A DNA stretch of 49,431 bases, filler included, from Catajapyx aquilonaris (GCA_000934665.2; 3 parts of 3 records of this genome joined end to end with filler, not necessarily neighbours in it); one strand, 5' to 3'; counted from the whole stretch's first letter, positions 36,061 to 48,188 are shown. The notes: generated from the sequence alone by a model not told the origin. Numbers and translations are program-made.

Positions 36061-39000
36061 TCACGGAATAATATCCCCTGTTTCGTCATCCTTATCCCTC
36101 TCCGTCTTGAGGGCATTCCTCAGGGAGGTCATCGGATCCTCACTCTTCGGCATCAGACACTTCACAGTGTACACCGTCACCTGACCGTCCTGGTCACCAA
36201 CCAGTACACTCTGCATACAAAAACACAAATGCAACATGTCACTCATTAAATTCAAAGCCAATGTATATAGTATACACACATGTGAATTATGGGCGAAACA
36301 GATGCTGGACAGGGTGGTGTTGCTGATGGGCGTGTACACGATGGCAGGCTCCAGTATGTTATGCGACAGATCCCAAACCTCAATGTCGGAGTCATTCACA
36401 CACGCAAACACCGTCGAATCGTACGGACACCAACAGACGTCGAAAAAAGTTTTCTGGAGAAAAACTGTGGAGATGAAAACCACTTCCAATATAAGAAAGA
36501 CATTTAAAACGTACCAGGGAGGAACAAAAGCTGAGCAGACACGCAGGCCTCTCGTCCTGCCAGATCTTGACGGTCCAGTCGCCTCCGCAGCTGATGAAGA
36601 TGTCGTCCAAGACAGGCGACCAGGTGACTCTGTACACCGGTCCGTTGTGGCCCAAGTAGGTGAAGAGGTACTGCTCGCTGTAGGCCGTCGAGCACTTGTG
36701 GATGTGACCCTCGTCCGTACCTGCCAGGTACACGCTGTTGTCCGTACGGTGGAAGTCGAAGCAGTACCCGACGGACAGCTGGGACACAAGGACGTCCGCC
36801 TTCTTCTCTCGACCAGCTGCCCGAGTCGGCATCCTCTTCAGCTTCATTATGGCTGGTGGTTTTCACATACAATAAATATGAAGTATAGTGCCAATTTTAC
36901 CGTCAACGTTTTTTTGGTTGTTTTTTAAAACTTACTGATGGGTTCGAGCCCTTTCCTGATGAGCCACTGGCACACCTTCCCGTCCTCCGCGATGCTGAAC
37001 AACACCTCTTTCTTCTGACGACCCTCGCCTACCTCGCTGATCTTCCACTTCACCTGCCATACTGCTCCTTGGTGACGCTCGGAGGTCTGTCTGCAGAGAG
37101 ATTATATTATTTTTGCTTGCATTTCGGGCATCGTAATAAGAAATAATGGGAAGATCTTTCCTATACGAAAGCGCATCTCGCCGTGGGAAAGCCACAAAAG
37201 CGATCGTTTCGCCACTTCGCCGCGTAGTGAAGATCAGCCGACTGAAATATACTAACGTGCTGTCGCAAAACGGAAGTAGTCCAGGCTCGGACACGTTGAC
37301 CAGATAAATGTTCCCGTCCATGCAACCGACTCCTAGCAGATTCGGCTCGTGGTCCGAGAAGGAGATGGAGGTGACGCCTTTGCTGAAGGTGTACATCTTC
37401 TCTGGGACCTCAGCGTTCTTGACGGACCAGACACACGCCAGACCCGTTTTGACGGACTGGAAGCGTAGGCTGCCGTACCCTATGGCGAACAGGTCCTTGT
37501 TGTGCGGGTTCCACGCCATGCAGGTCACCGCCTTGCCCTTGGTTATCGGAGAGGCGAAGGCCCACAGACGCTGGAGGTGGGGGCCCAGAGGTATGGTCAT
37601 GTCACCAGACTGGACCAACGAAGTGAGACCCCTGCGCACAGATGGTAAATGTTAACTACATACGTACTCATGAGAATAGACACCCTGTGACTTCATGTAT
37701 ACTGTATATACCTGTAGAGGGCTTGCTTCGGCTGATATAGATTCTGCGTCAGGATCCTCTCGAGTATGACCACAGCGTGGGTGCAGAGGGCCTCCTTGAC
37801 GCACATCTCCTTCGACTTCTCCTGGTCCATCATGGGCTGGGAATTGGAGGTGTCCAGGTTGAGGATGACACTTGTGGTCTCACCACCTCCTCCGACCTCT
37901 TCATCCCCGTCCTCTTCCTTATTCAGGTTCCTCTCGGGCACCTTCAGGGCTCCTAGGAAGTCGCTGCTCTCTGCCTCCAGCTGCGTCTGGGACGCTGCCG
38001 CCTCGTACATGTCGTAGCGATCCCACGCGTTGGCGATGGTGTACTGGTTCTGAACGCGTATGCCATCCGCCTGCATACCCTTCGCCTTTGGCTTATTCAC
38101 GAGCGTCATCATGCCCTTTCCCACGTAGTTCTCAGACTCCTGGTGCAGCTTGCACAGCTACAGTTCGGTTATGTAACAAATTATGAAACGAATACTGTTA
38201 ACACTAATGCAAAAAAAGGGCTGATCTTTACTACGCGACGAAGTGTCGGGAGTCGGGGTGGCCAATTCGTCGCGTATAGTAAAGATCCTCCGAAAAGAAC
38301 CGTACGTCATCGTATTCCTTATTCTTCTTGAGCACAATCTCGGCTTCTTCTGAGGTGCTGTCCACGCAGATGCCTTCTATTGACAGCATCCAAATGGTGG
38401 CTGTCTCCTTCAGCTTGATGGCCACCATGTCGTCAGGGGTCTCAGGCACCTCCAAGTAGGATCCGCCGGTGTCAACTGAAAAGAAGCAACGAGTTTCGAC
38501 AGTGCGACATTGTATCGAATAAAACAGTGCTCACGGTATCCAGCAAGGGGGGCCATCGGAGCCCTCTCGACCTCTTCATCGTCGTCAAGCTGGCACACGA
38601 ACAATGGGAACCCGGAATAAGTCGTGAAGGTCTGGAAGAGCTGGGTGGTGTTCTGGTACAACGTTGTGGTCTGAGCTGCATCGCCCTTAGCTCCTTCTGC
38701 AGCCTGCTATGAAAGGTCGATGTGGTTAGGCCACTCGTATATTAAACAGGGTTGCTGATAGCCACTTACTTTAGCGTCGCCAGTAAGTGACGTCCTGGAT
38801 CCCTCTCCATAGAGCGGAAGAGGCGTCACATCTTCACCTGTCTCAGAATCAATTATCTGAAGACATGAAAAAAAACGCAATTAACAGAGTGAACACAAGT
38901 TATTATTCTTTCACGAGTCACCTTCACTTGAGGTTCTTCTAGCTTTCCTTGGCGAGTTCTGGACCCCATTTCAGAACTTGAGTCTAACAACGAACCGAAA

Positions 39001-39658
39001 TCTTCCAAGGTGTCGAAGCTCGCAATTCCAGATCTCTGATCGTATGTTTCGGTGTCCGCCGAATCCACACTGCAAGGCAGACACATCACTGTTGTCATTT
39101 ATGTTCATATATGTATAATAAGATGAGCTGACTTGACAACCTATACTGTACTTGTCAACCTCATATTTACCTGCTCTCACTGTCGCTTCCATAAGTCTCT
39201 CGTGTGCTTCCTGTCTTGCTCATCCTGGTGCTCCCTTTGTGTCCATGGCTACTACCTCTGCTCACTCGGGAACCACTACTAGGACTACTCCTGACCCCAT
39301 GGGAACTTACACTCTTCGCCCCAAGAGAGCTCGTACTCTTCACCGTTCCAAGGACGAAGCTATCCATCTTATCCGTACTCCCATGAGGAGTGTCAGGAAG
39401 ACTTCCAGTAGGGGTCTTGACTCCAGGAGTTCCCGGAACAGGAGTACCGCCATGGCCACTCCCTGGCTTGCTTCCTGGAGCACTCTCTGGAGCACTCCCT
39501 GGCTTGCTTCCTGGATCACTCCCTGGAGGACTCCCTGGCTTGCTTCCTGGAGCACTCCCTGGCTTGCTTCCTGGAGCGCTTCCTGGCTTGCTTCCTGGAG
39601 CGCTTCCTTGCTTGCTTCCTGGAGCACTCCCTTGCTTCTCCTGTGAATTCGAAGACAT
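36061..39658 (-). CDS. DNAI4: Dynein axonemal intermediate chain 4 (WDR78), 11 predicted exons: 39658-39171, 39069-38922, 38856-38770, ~38706-38535, 38475-38306, 38157-37712, 37631-37257, 37090-36936, 36852-36515, 36453-36280, 36210-36061
   Basis: Motifs GEDVTPLPL, ILERILTQNLYQPKQALYRG, LQRLWAF, VTCMAWNPHNKDLFAIGYG, ACVWSVKN.EVPE, HQGAVWQVKW, YLAGTDEGHIHKCSTAYSEQYL.TY.GH.GPVY and VGDQDGQVTVY match the WDR78/IC138 dynein intermediate chain. Introns are short GT..AG and in phase. Confidence 0.88.
39455..39635 (-). repeat. Coding 24-nt tandem repeat (GSAPGSKP-like octapeptide) in DNAI4 exon 1
   Basis: Repeated cctggcttgcttcctggagcactc units; peptide QGSAPGSKQGSAPGSKPGSAPGSKPGSAPGSKPGSPPGSDPGSKPGSAPESAPGSKPGS. 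Confidence 0.9.
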
Positions 39659-39743
39659 TTTTCTGGATCAGCGAAGAAACAACAGCAAGTGTTCCGCTTC
39701 TGCCTTTCCCAGAGATTGTTGTTGAATTAAAACATCGATCACG

Positions 39744-39757
39744 GTTTCCACAGCAAC
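39744..39757. promoter_or_regulatory. RFX X-box candidate upstream of DNAI4
   Basis: GTTTCC-AC-AGCAAC fits the GYTNYY-N1-3-RRNRAC X-box consensus and lies about 90 nt upstream of the ATG of a ciliary dynein gene. Confidence 0.6.
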
Positions 39758-40139
39758 TCGGATACGGTACCGTATGTTCTGGCCGAAACAGGTGCTGCCC
39801 TCATGCAGAACCACTCCAAACTTCCACAGTGCAAAAATGTTGGCGCCAATAATAATTACAGCAGCACTAAAAGTCGGGCCTTAAAATTGTTTATTGTACA
39901 GTGCATCCTAAAATAACTTTGAAAGCAATGACGCGACGTTTACTTCCGGCCACATGGTCCCGGGCTCTACAGGGTGATGCAGAACCAAAAGCCAGCAGCG
40001 AAAAAGAGCTAGGGAAAGGAAAAGAAGTTGTTGTTAACCCTATATTAAACAACAAGAAGCAACCAGTTTGAAAACAGATTGAACGTGTCGCGATAGTGCT
40101 AAATGTGTTGCTAGAGTAAGCAATCAGCAGGCTCTAGTG

Positions 40140-40960
40140 AGATTTATTTATTTGCTTGTTTACTTACTTACTTGCTTTCTTGCTTATTTATTTATTTACT
40201 TGTTTGTTTATTTGTCTATTTATTTTTCATTCACTTAGATATACCGTTATGTAATAATTAATTAAATAAGTAAATACGGTAGATATATAGATATACAAAT
40301 CAATACATTCAATTATTTATTATTTGCTATTATTTATTTATGATTTATTAATTATTAATTATTAATTGATTATTTGTTATTACTTATTTACTATTTGCTA
40401 TCATTAATTTTGAATTATTTATTATTAATTGATTATTTGTTATTACTTATTTACTATTTGCTATCATTAATTTTTAATTATTTATTAATAAATGATTTAT
40501 TTATTCTCTATCTATCTATTCACTAATTTACTTATTTGTTTATTTGTCTACATATTTACATACACCCATGCATACACCCATACATACACCCATACATACA
40601 TACATACATACATACCCCCTGCGCGTAAAAATTGCGCAGGTACGTATTTTTATTAAAGTTATTTAATTTTGGGCATTTAGACTTTAAAAAGTGCCGTTTT
40701 CGGACTTTTCCCTCAATCACGTGCAGGTTTAGCATCAGTGTGAAAAATTTCAGCGCTCTCCGATGTGTGGAAGTGTGTTAGGTAGCCGGGACATACATAC
40801 ATGCATACGCATCAGAGTCACTATATGTGCTTTATTATAAGAGATTTGCCTATTTACTTATTTATTTATTTACATATATTGGTCTATTTACTTTTACTTA
40901 CTTGTCTATTTACTTTGTTTTATTATATTATTTATTTATATTATTTTGTTTATTTATTTG
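40140..40960. repeat. AT-rich low-complexity tract with a ~45-nt local duplication and (TACA)n; possible non-autonomous Helitron-like insert at ~40560-40845
   Basis: TTTA-type repeats; ttgattatttgttattacttatttactatttgctatcattaatttt occurs twice. The insert has gtgaaaaatttcagc...acatacatac...ctttattataagagat, reminiscent of insect Lep1/DINE-like Helitrons. Confidence 0.55.
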
Positions 40961-41498
40961 ATACGATGGGAATAGTACCGTATTAACATGAGGAATAGTG
41001 AAATTTCTTGCGAGGTATTTAGGAAATGTGGACATTTTTCTCTCACCAGCCATTGAACCACCCTGTAGACGCTTGGGCACTTAAACTATTCTAAGAATGT
41101 TCCCGAAATAGTTGTTGTCATCATTAAAAAGTGCAACTTTTGCAACTCGCTGCACTTTTCGCGCTTTTAGTAGAGACAGACAAAAAAAAACGTGCCGCCA
41201 TGTCAGTGCGATATTCCTCATGCTATCAACACTGAGCTGCAAAATTCTTCCTGACCTCTCTTCCCAGAGCAAAGATAATAAATAGTCTACAAAGTTCTTC
41301 TTCTCTGAAAAGCTGTATAGAGCAAGTGACGTTTAAAAGTTCACTCCGGTGACTTTCACGTTCCTTTAAAAAAAAAAAAATGTGAAGGATTCTTATTCTT
41401 TTTTGAAAATCCGGGGCTGCCATTGGCTCAGAAGGAGGAGGTGAAAAAGGAAAAAAGGAGGGGAAGAAATTTTGACCCTCTCCAGTTGTTGTAAGAGG

Positions 41499-43474
41499 AT
41501 GGAAAGGGCAAGAGTGGTATTCCTCCTGTTCTTCTTGTGCGGGTGTTTGGGGAGCGATGACCGGCATGGGGAGGGGCGGAATTGGACGTTGAACTCGGGT
41601 CAGCTGCAGAGGAACCACCGGAGTCGCCCTCCGGTTCTGCTGCAGGCTCTATGGAAGGACCTGCAGGAGAAGGTCAGCGGGGGTGGTCAGCTAGACGAGT
41701 GCAATGCTAGGGGTCATCACAAGCAGAGGACCACCATGGGGGTCATCATCGCTCCTCATCAGCTTACAGGTGGGTCTGGCCAAATTCAGGGTCAAAAGTG
41801 TGGGTTGTTCAACAGGTTGCTGGACAAAACAATCAAGTATGCCAGGGTTGCCAGTAACTAATGTAATTAATTTAAAAAATAATAATTCGTTGCCTATTTG
41901 GAGATAACATCATTCTAAGTAAATCCGGTGTACACTTGACTATAAATCCCACAAAAATATCTACGTAAATCCCGTGAAATCTAAAGATAATCCTGGAAAT
42001 CCTGTAGATTCACACGAGAAAATTAATAACCATCGCATGCCGTAAATATCAGTAACCAATTTATTCATAAAAGATACCAGTATAGGGTACCTTTGTCCTA
42101 ATCACATGTACTGAAGCAAATTCGAGAGTAAATTTTAATTTGTTAAGTAAGGTCAATTTCTAATTATAACTGTCATTTAGAAATTGACCTTAATTAATAA
42201 ATCGTGACAGGTGATATTTCAGATTAAAAATAGAAGAACCCAAATGTGAAACATAGAGGTTGTAGTTGAAACAAGTAAACAAGTACACGTAAATGAGCAT
42301 AAATTAACAACTTATGCTTGGCATTTTTCCCAGCAATATTTTTTAAATCACCTTTCTAACAAAGGCAAGTAATTATTAGTTAATGTTTAAAACCTAAGCC
42401 AACGAAATACATTCTGAATTTTTTTGTCAGTGCCGAATAGTTTGCAGATATGTTTACAAAAAAAATATGAGTACAGAATGTCCACTCAGATTTCATGATT
42501 TATTCTAAATGTGTATAGAGGGCACAAAGTATTATTATTTTAAAACTTAGAGCCGACGCGTCATGTGCACGCGACATCTTATCGTCACTTATCATCGACC
42601 GCATTTTTGCCAATTCTGGTCACTGCTGGTTGCCAACAAAGACAAGCTATTAATAATTTGCTCAGTCTGCTCGACCTCTCTCTGATAATCTGGCGTCTGA
42701 AAATTTTTTCGCATATAGTTTTAAAACGGCTCAAAAGTCCAGTCTGTGACCTCAAACCCACTTCAGTTATAAGTCACGGAAGATGATGTGCCCACAATTT
42801 TTTTTTCAAGCAATATGCAAAAAAAAGTTATTACACGCGAGTATTTTAATGTGCACAAAAATATGGACAATTAATTGTTGTTGTACCATCGTCACATAGA
42901 TGGCGCTACTGCCACTCACCGTCCTGCGAGGATCAGTGGTACTATCAGCCCGGACAAACAACCAAAGACAGCGGAATTTGCGGAATTATTTCCGATAAGT
43001 TGACCATCTCCTGCATTTTCAGATGACCCTGACAATGGCGAGATCAGTCTGGAGTACCCAATCCAGGCTGAGTACCCCCATCCAATCCGGAAGGCCCGGA
43101 TTCTGGGCCTGTTGAAGCAAATCCGGAGACGTAATGTCAGACATCTGATACCGTACCTGAGGTCATCAGACGGCCGAATCTTCAAGGGCCAGCTGAGGAA
43201 GAAGGGCAAAGCGGTGGCTTTCGACGTCTCAGGTGTGGTCAAGCCAATGTACAACTCCGGGAGACGACTGGACGCCAACGTCACCTTCGCCCTCGGGATA
43301 CGGGAGACGAACGGGATCCGGAAGTCACCTTGGGACATCTTCAACGTCGCCTCAGGACCTCATGGACCGTTGATGCACCTGCAATACCAGAACACACAGT
43401 GTCGCCAGAAGAGCAAAGGAGAGGTTGACGAAATGGTGTACAAAGCACTGGTTGGAAATGTGACCAAGATCTGA
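41499..43474 (+). CDS. Secreted TGF-beta-prodomain-like protein with no mature cystine-knot domain; exons 41499-41769, 43023-43474; about 240 aa
   Basis: Signal-peptide-like N-terminus (MERARVVFLLFFLCGCLGS), then PPVLLQALWKDL, AVAFDVSGVV and GPLMHLQY. These align by eye with TPAYLELLYQY, HVPIDVSAIL and QPLLVAYY of the downstream TGF-beta gene. A phase-1 intron sits at the equivalent position (LT-G / VT-G). The frame is open to TGA at 43472-43474. Confidence 0.7.
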
Positions 43475-46400
43475 TCACTTTGAATTAGTTGGGGGGGAAA
43501 ATTTTTATTTAAAATTAACATTTTACACAAGAAACCAGCACTTTATGGACTGGTTTGCATGTGTCATTTTTTGTGCTCAGATCCTGGGGTGACTGGCATT
43601 GCTAAGTTAGCAGTAACTAGCAGTGGGACTAAAATTCGACCATATGGTGATACTGTTACATTATTTGGACGACTCTGTGTGACAGCAAACCAGTTGAAAA
43701 TAGTTAGCAAAACTTTAAGGACAATTTTAGCTAAGTGACTTGTGCTTGTGATTTATTTGAAATGACTGCTGCAGATTTTTAAATATTTAAGCGCCAAAAT
43801 AGTATTATAGTACTTATGATAATAGTGGCAAATATTTGGGCTACAAGGTGAGGAAATGATAGTTTTTTTAAAAAAAAGTGCCAATTAGTGGTGGCTATTG
43901 CACCCTTAATAAAAACAATTTTAAAAAATATTATGCCCCAGTTTTTTCGGACTACTTATCATTTTATTTCCACGAGCAATCGACCCTTGTACTAGCTCGG
44001 TTAGTGCACTGTACTGTACAACAAATTCCGGACATGGCTATTGTGTGTTCCCACCATATTTTCAGGGTCATGTGTGTTGCATCAGGGTTCGTTTCCTGTA
44101 GTAGGACACTGCTTATACGATTGAAAAAGAAGTTGCTGTTAGCAGCAGTCTGTACACCTCTTTTAATGATTGCTGGGCATTTTTTTGTGGCCAGTAAGGT
44201 GAAAATGCAGAGGCTCCTCTTTCTTAGCTCGGGGGGGCCTGTACAGTATTTATCGGCTGAGTACGTGTATTATGTGTCACACAGAGTTGGATGAACTCGA
44301 GTGACTTTTGTCACCCCAGGAGCTGCTCCCCGGGGGGGATGCACACGCCACACTTTGGGATATTAATATTTATGGGAAATTGAGATGGGAAGAAACATGA
44401 GAGTAAGGAAAGAAGGCAAAGCAAAATATGATGCAGAGTAATATTAGTATAGGGATTGACGTGGGTACTCATTCTGATACACCACGAGTTGTGATGCAGC
44501 AGAAAATATGCCAGGTATATAATCAGGTGTATTAAAGTTCAGACTTACGTCACAAAAAAATATTGAGATTTCAGTGTCACGTACAAGAAAACATTTTTTT
44601 TTCAAAGTACATTCAGCTACTTGCTGACGTCACACTAATACGGATATACTGTATACTAATGACGGAAAAGTCAAGTGCAATTTATCAGACTAAAGTACAA
44701 TTCGTGACTATGCATATTTTAAATTATAGGGCACACAAATTGATTGCATTATTGAACTGGTGTAACTTTGAATTTAAATGGTGTGGAGGACCAATGCCAC
44801 CTATTTCAGAAATATTGAATATAATTCATTTTTCATTCAGTCATTCATTTCACTCACGGCATATTCCCATCAGGATAACAATAATAATAAGTTGACGTCA
44901 TCAAAAATGTGAAATAGGCTACAACATTTTGGAAAAATATTGTGATGCTCATATAAAATAGCAAATTTTGGGACCATACGTTTGTCAATATTCTGAAGCC
45001 ATGAAACAGGGAATTATGTCAGTTATGTTATGCTATTTATTTATTGTAAACCCCATGCTCAGATTTTGAATCTCTTTAGGGGACACAGCCCTACAAAATT
45101 ATGAAACATATGAGAGCAAGAATACATCATAACGTACAGGGAATATTCTGTTAGATGATTCATCTCGTGGATAACACTGGTTTTATCCAGTGATTATTTA
45201 ACAGCAATCGGAGCAATAACCGCTCCTCTGAAATAGGATCAAAAAAGCCACTCTTTCCCATAGTCTTGTCCTGGAAAGTAGGACATGCCTCTCTGACTCA
45301 TCTGACCAGTCGGATATGCCACTGACCTAACCCTTGTACTGGTCATCTCATTTTTCAGGACTACGTGCAGCTTTTATATTTCGAAGGAAGAAAAAAAAAG
45401 TGAGAGAAAATAATGTCATTGATCTTAGGATCACACGAGGCATCCTGGCCTTGAGTGGAGGAAAAAGGAAGGGAAAAAGGTAAATGACATTGCCATTTTT
45501 AATGTGTACATACAAATACGCGTCTGTTTACACAAAACGATATCTGCGTTCCAGATGAACCCTTAGGAACGTTTTGCTGTCCAGGTTTGTACGTTTCTTG
45601 GTCCAGAGGAGGCGTGGTTTTCCCACAGGAATTGTTGGAACATACATAATATCTACCAGTTCGAGTTACGCTGAAATAATGTTTTTTTTTCCAGGGTGGG
45701 TGAGGAGTGGGGGGGTCATTCGAACAAATGAGATATTGCAGCATTGGCTTTTGCTAATTGTGCAAAACTGTTCGAGTTACATTTCCGCTCTTTGATGCGT
45801 ACCAACTTATATAACTTAAAATTAATACATATAGTTTGGTGAACTGTAATGTGCTGTAACACATGCCAAGTTACACAGATAAATGTTGCGATTGTTTACG
45901 CCAGAAACCATATTAAATAGAAGCAACTCCATCTGAAGAGTCAAACATTGTTGATCATAATTAAAGACTTGCTGCTGAGCCCTATACATAATTAACATAA
46001 TAAAACATGTTATTTAGCTTCCAAGAATGTACATTCATCGGGCATAAATAAATAAATAGGTAAATAAAAAAATAAGTACAACAATCATGTCCATTGCAGA
46101 CACTGGATCTATCAAAATATATTCAGATTTGAAACGTAATTAGCTGTAAAAGACACATTGCAAAAGAAGTAAATGTTCACTTCAAACATTTTATTGCCAA
46201 AACAGAGTGAAATCATTATTGGGACTTTTCACTGTAATAAAAAGCAAAAAAAAAAAGTGACGATAATGTGGCGGAGCACTTTCCAGACAAATATTTTTTT
46301 TGGGAGGTGGGCGTCGAATACCACGAAGTTCAAGGTAGGACATCAAGTTATGGGATGTAGCTTAGACTAAACATGTGCAAATATGTCCTTCGACCATTGG

Positions 46401-46581
46401 CTGTGTTCTTTCAGTCTCAAAAAATGTGATTAACCCCCCTTCCTCCTGCTCATGGCGAAACCAACGAACCAATGAGGACGCTGCAACCTGAGCACCGGAT
46501 GACACACACAAGTAGCCACAAGGGGAGTGAGGAACACTACTGGACTATCAGTCCTCCAGTTGTCACCGAAGCAACATCACC

Positions 46582-48188
46582 ATGAAATCTCTTGTGCTTG
46601 TAGTGCTTTTGGGTGCTGCGGGTATGTCGACGACGCTGCCGACGTCGGAAGAAGAGGTGCGACAACATATGCTGCTGACCAAGGGCGAGAGGATTCAACG
46701 AGAGTCTGTGGACACACCAGCGTACCTGGAGCTGCTGTACCAGTACGTCAATACCAAGCTGGACCAGGATGTGCTGGACAGTGGGATACTAGCCAAGGCG
46801 TTTCTTCCAATGGCTGTCACAGGTATGACATTTGTCACAATATGATCAAGCAGTCTATATGTGAACACAAGATGTGTTTCAGAAAACAAGCAGCGTCGTC
46901 TGAGCCTGATCTTCAAGTACTCAGAGCAGCTGGAAGATGCGAGTTCGGCCGAGCTGATCTTCACGGTGAAACGCAACGTGACGGAGAATTCGGTGTCCAG
47001 AAGCATCAGGGTCAAGGTGTTCCTCCAGAGAGGATCGACTCACTCGCCCAAACTGACCATTTACAAGGGACTTCCATTTGACCCTGACGATGATGCGGAC
47101 CACCATCATGTGCCAATCGACGTCAGTGCCATTTTGCATCATCATGGTCTGGTCAAGTCGGACGAGCCGTTCATCTTCCATCTAGACATCAAGCCCAAGC
47201 TGTCTCCATCTGACCTGTTCCATCTGGATGCGTCCAGTCATCAACCGCTGCTGGTGGCCTACTACGGAGGTATGCTGACTGCTATGATTTTAATGTAAGC
47301 TAGAGTTTAACGACCTGTGTGTATCAGGCACAAAACCGGCGCCGTTGGGCAGCACAGTGTCACACTGGGGACGACATCGGAGGTCACTTGAAGATAAGCA
47401 GCAGGAGGTGGACATTCCCATCACCATCACGACCCCGATGCCTGACCTGGACACCAAGTACTGTGAACTTCGCCAGTGGATACTCCCAACCGAAGAGCTT
47501 CGATTCCCATGGATGCTGCTTCCCAAGAGACTTGGTCCTAACTACTGCGCCGGTACATGCCCTTCTCCGCTGCATCATTCTTACTACAACTCGACCACCA
47601 ACGCGCTCATCATCGACAGGATGAGGTACGATCACAGCGGTCATCAACACCATTGTTGTTTGATAGGTGCCATATTATCAACCCAGACATGTAAATTACA
47701 TAATTGAGAAGTTATGCTGATATTATTATTCATAATGGAGTCATTCAGTTCTTTAGACATATTTTATAACAAGCAAATCCCATAATTAATAACCCATATA
47801 ATTAATAACTATGATATAGCTATAACTAATAACTAATATAACTCAAAAAATACTCAGAATGCCTGTAAGAAATAACGCAACTCGGAAATACAATGATTAA
47901 TTTCATGCCAAGTAATTAATTTCTAAATTGAATATAATTCGAGCAATTCGTCAATATTTTTTATTCAGTTCAATTCAGTTAATGCTGGAATGTTATAAAC
48001 TACAATAATTATATTTTAATTCCATTGGCAGGACCATCTCCAGCACCGAGTATCCTCACAAGCTACCAGAGAGCCACTGTGTGCCCATAGAATTCTCGCC
48101 CACCACTCTTCTGATGGAAGAAAGCGAAGGTTACTTCCGACTGGACATTGTCCACGACCTTATAGTGACTCGCTGTGGATGCAGGTAG
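46582..48188 (+). CDS. Divergent TGF-beta/BMP superfamily ligand precursor; exons 46582-46822, 46883-47269, 47328-47625, 48032-48188; about 360 aa
   Basis: Signal peptide MKSLVLVVLLGAAGMS, prodomain, furin-type site RHRR, then mature domain C-ELRQW...PWMLLPK...NYCAGTCPSPL...PESHCVP...DLIVTRCGCR*. Junctions are GT..AG and in phase; AATAAA lies near 48212. Confidence 0.92.

Noticed and set aside
36236..37655. Long + strand ORFs antisense to DNAI4 (and similar ones opposite CIAO1, BTBD17 and the TGF-beta genes)
   Set aside because: Antisense shadows expected from codon bias, with no independent motifs or splice structure.
39455..39635. CRISPR-like array
   Set aside because: The units are contiguous with no unique spacers, the context is eukaryotic coding sequence, and no cas genes are present.
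39152..39725. Collagen-like or leucine-rich repeat ORFs on the + strand and the QEASQG frame on the - strand
   Set aside because: These are shadow frames of the 24-nt repeat in DNAI4 exon 1; only the MSSNSQ frame splices in phase to conserved exons.
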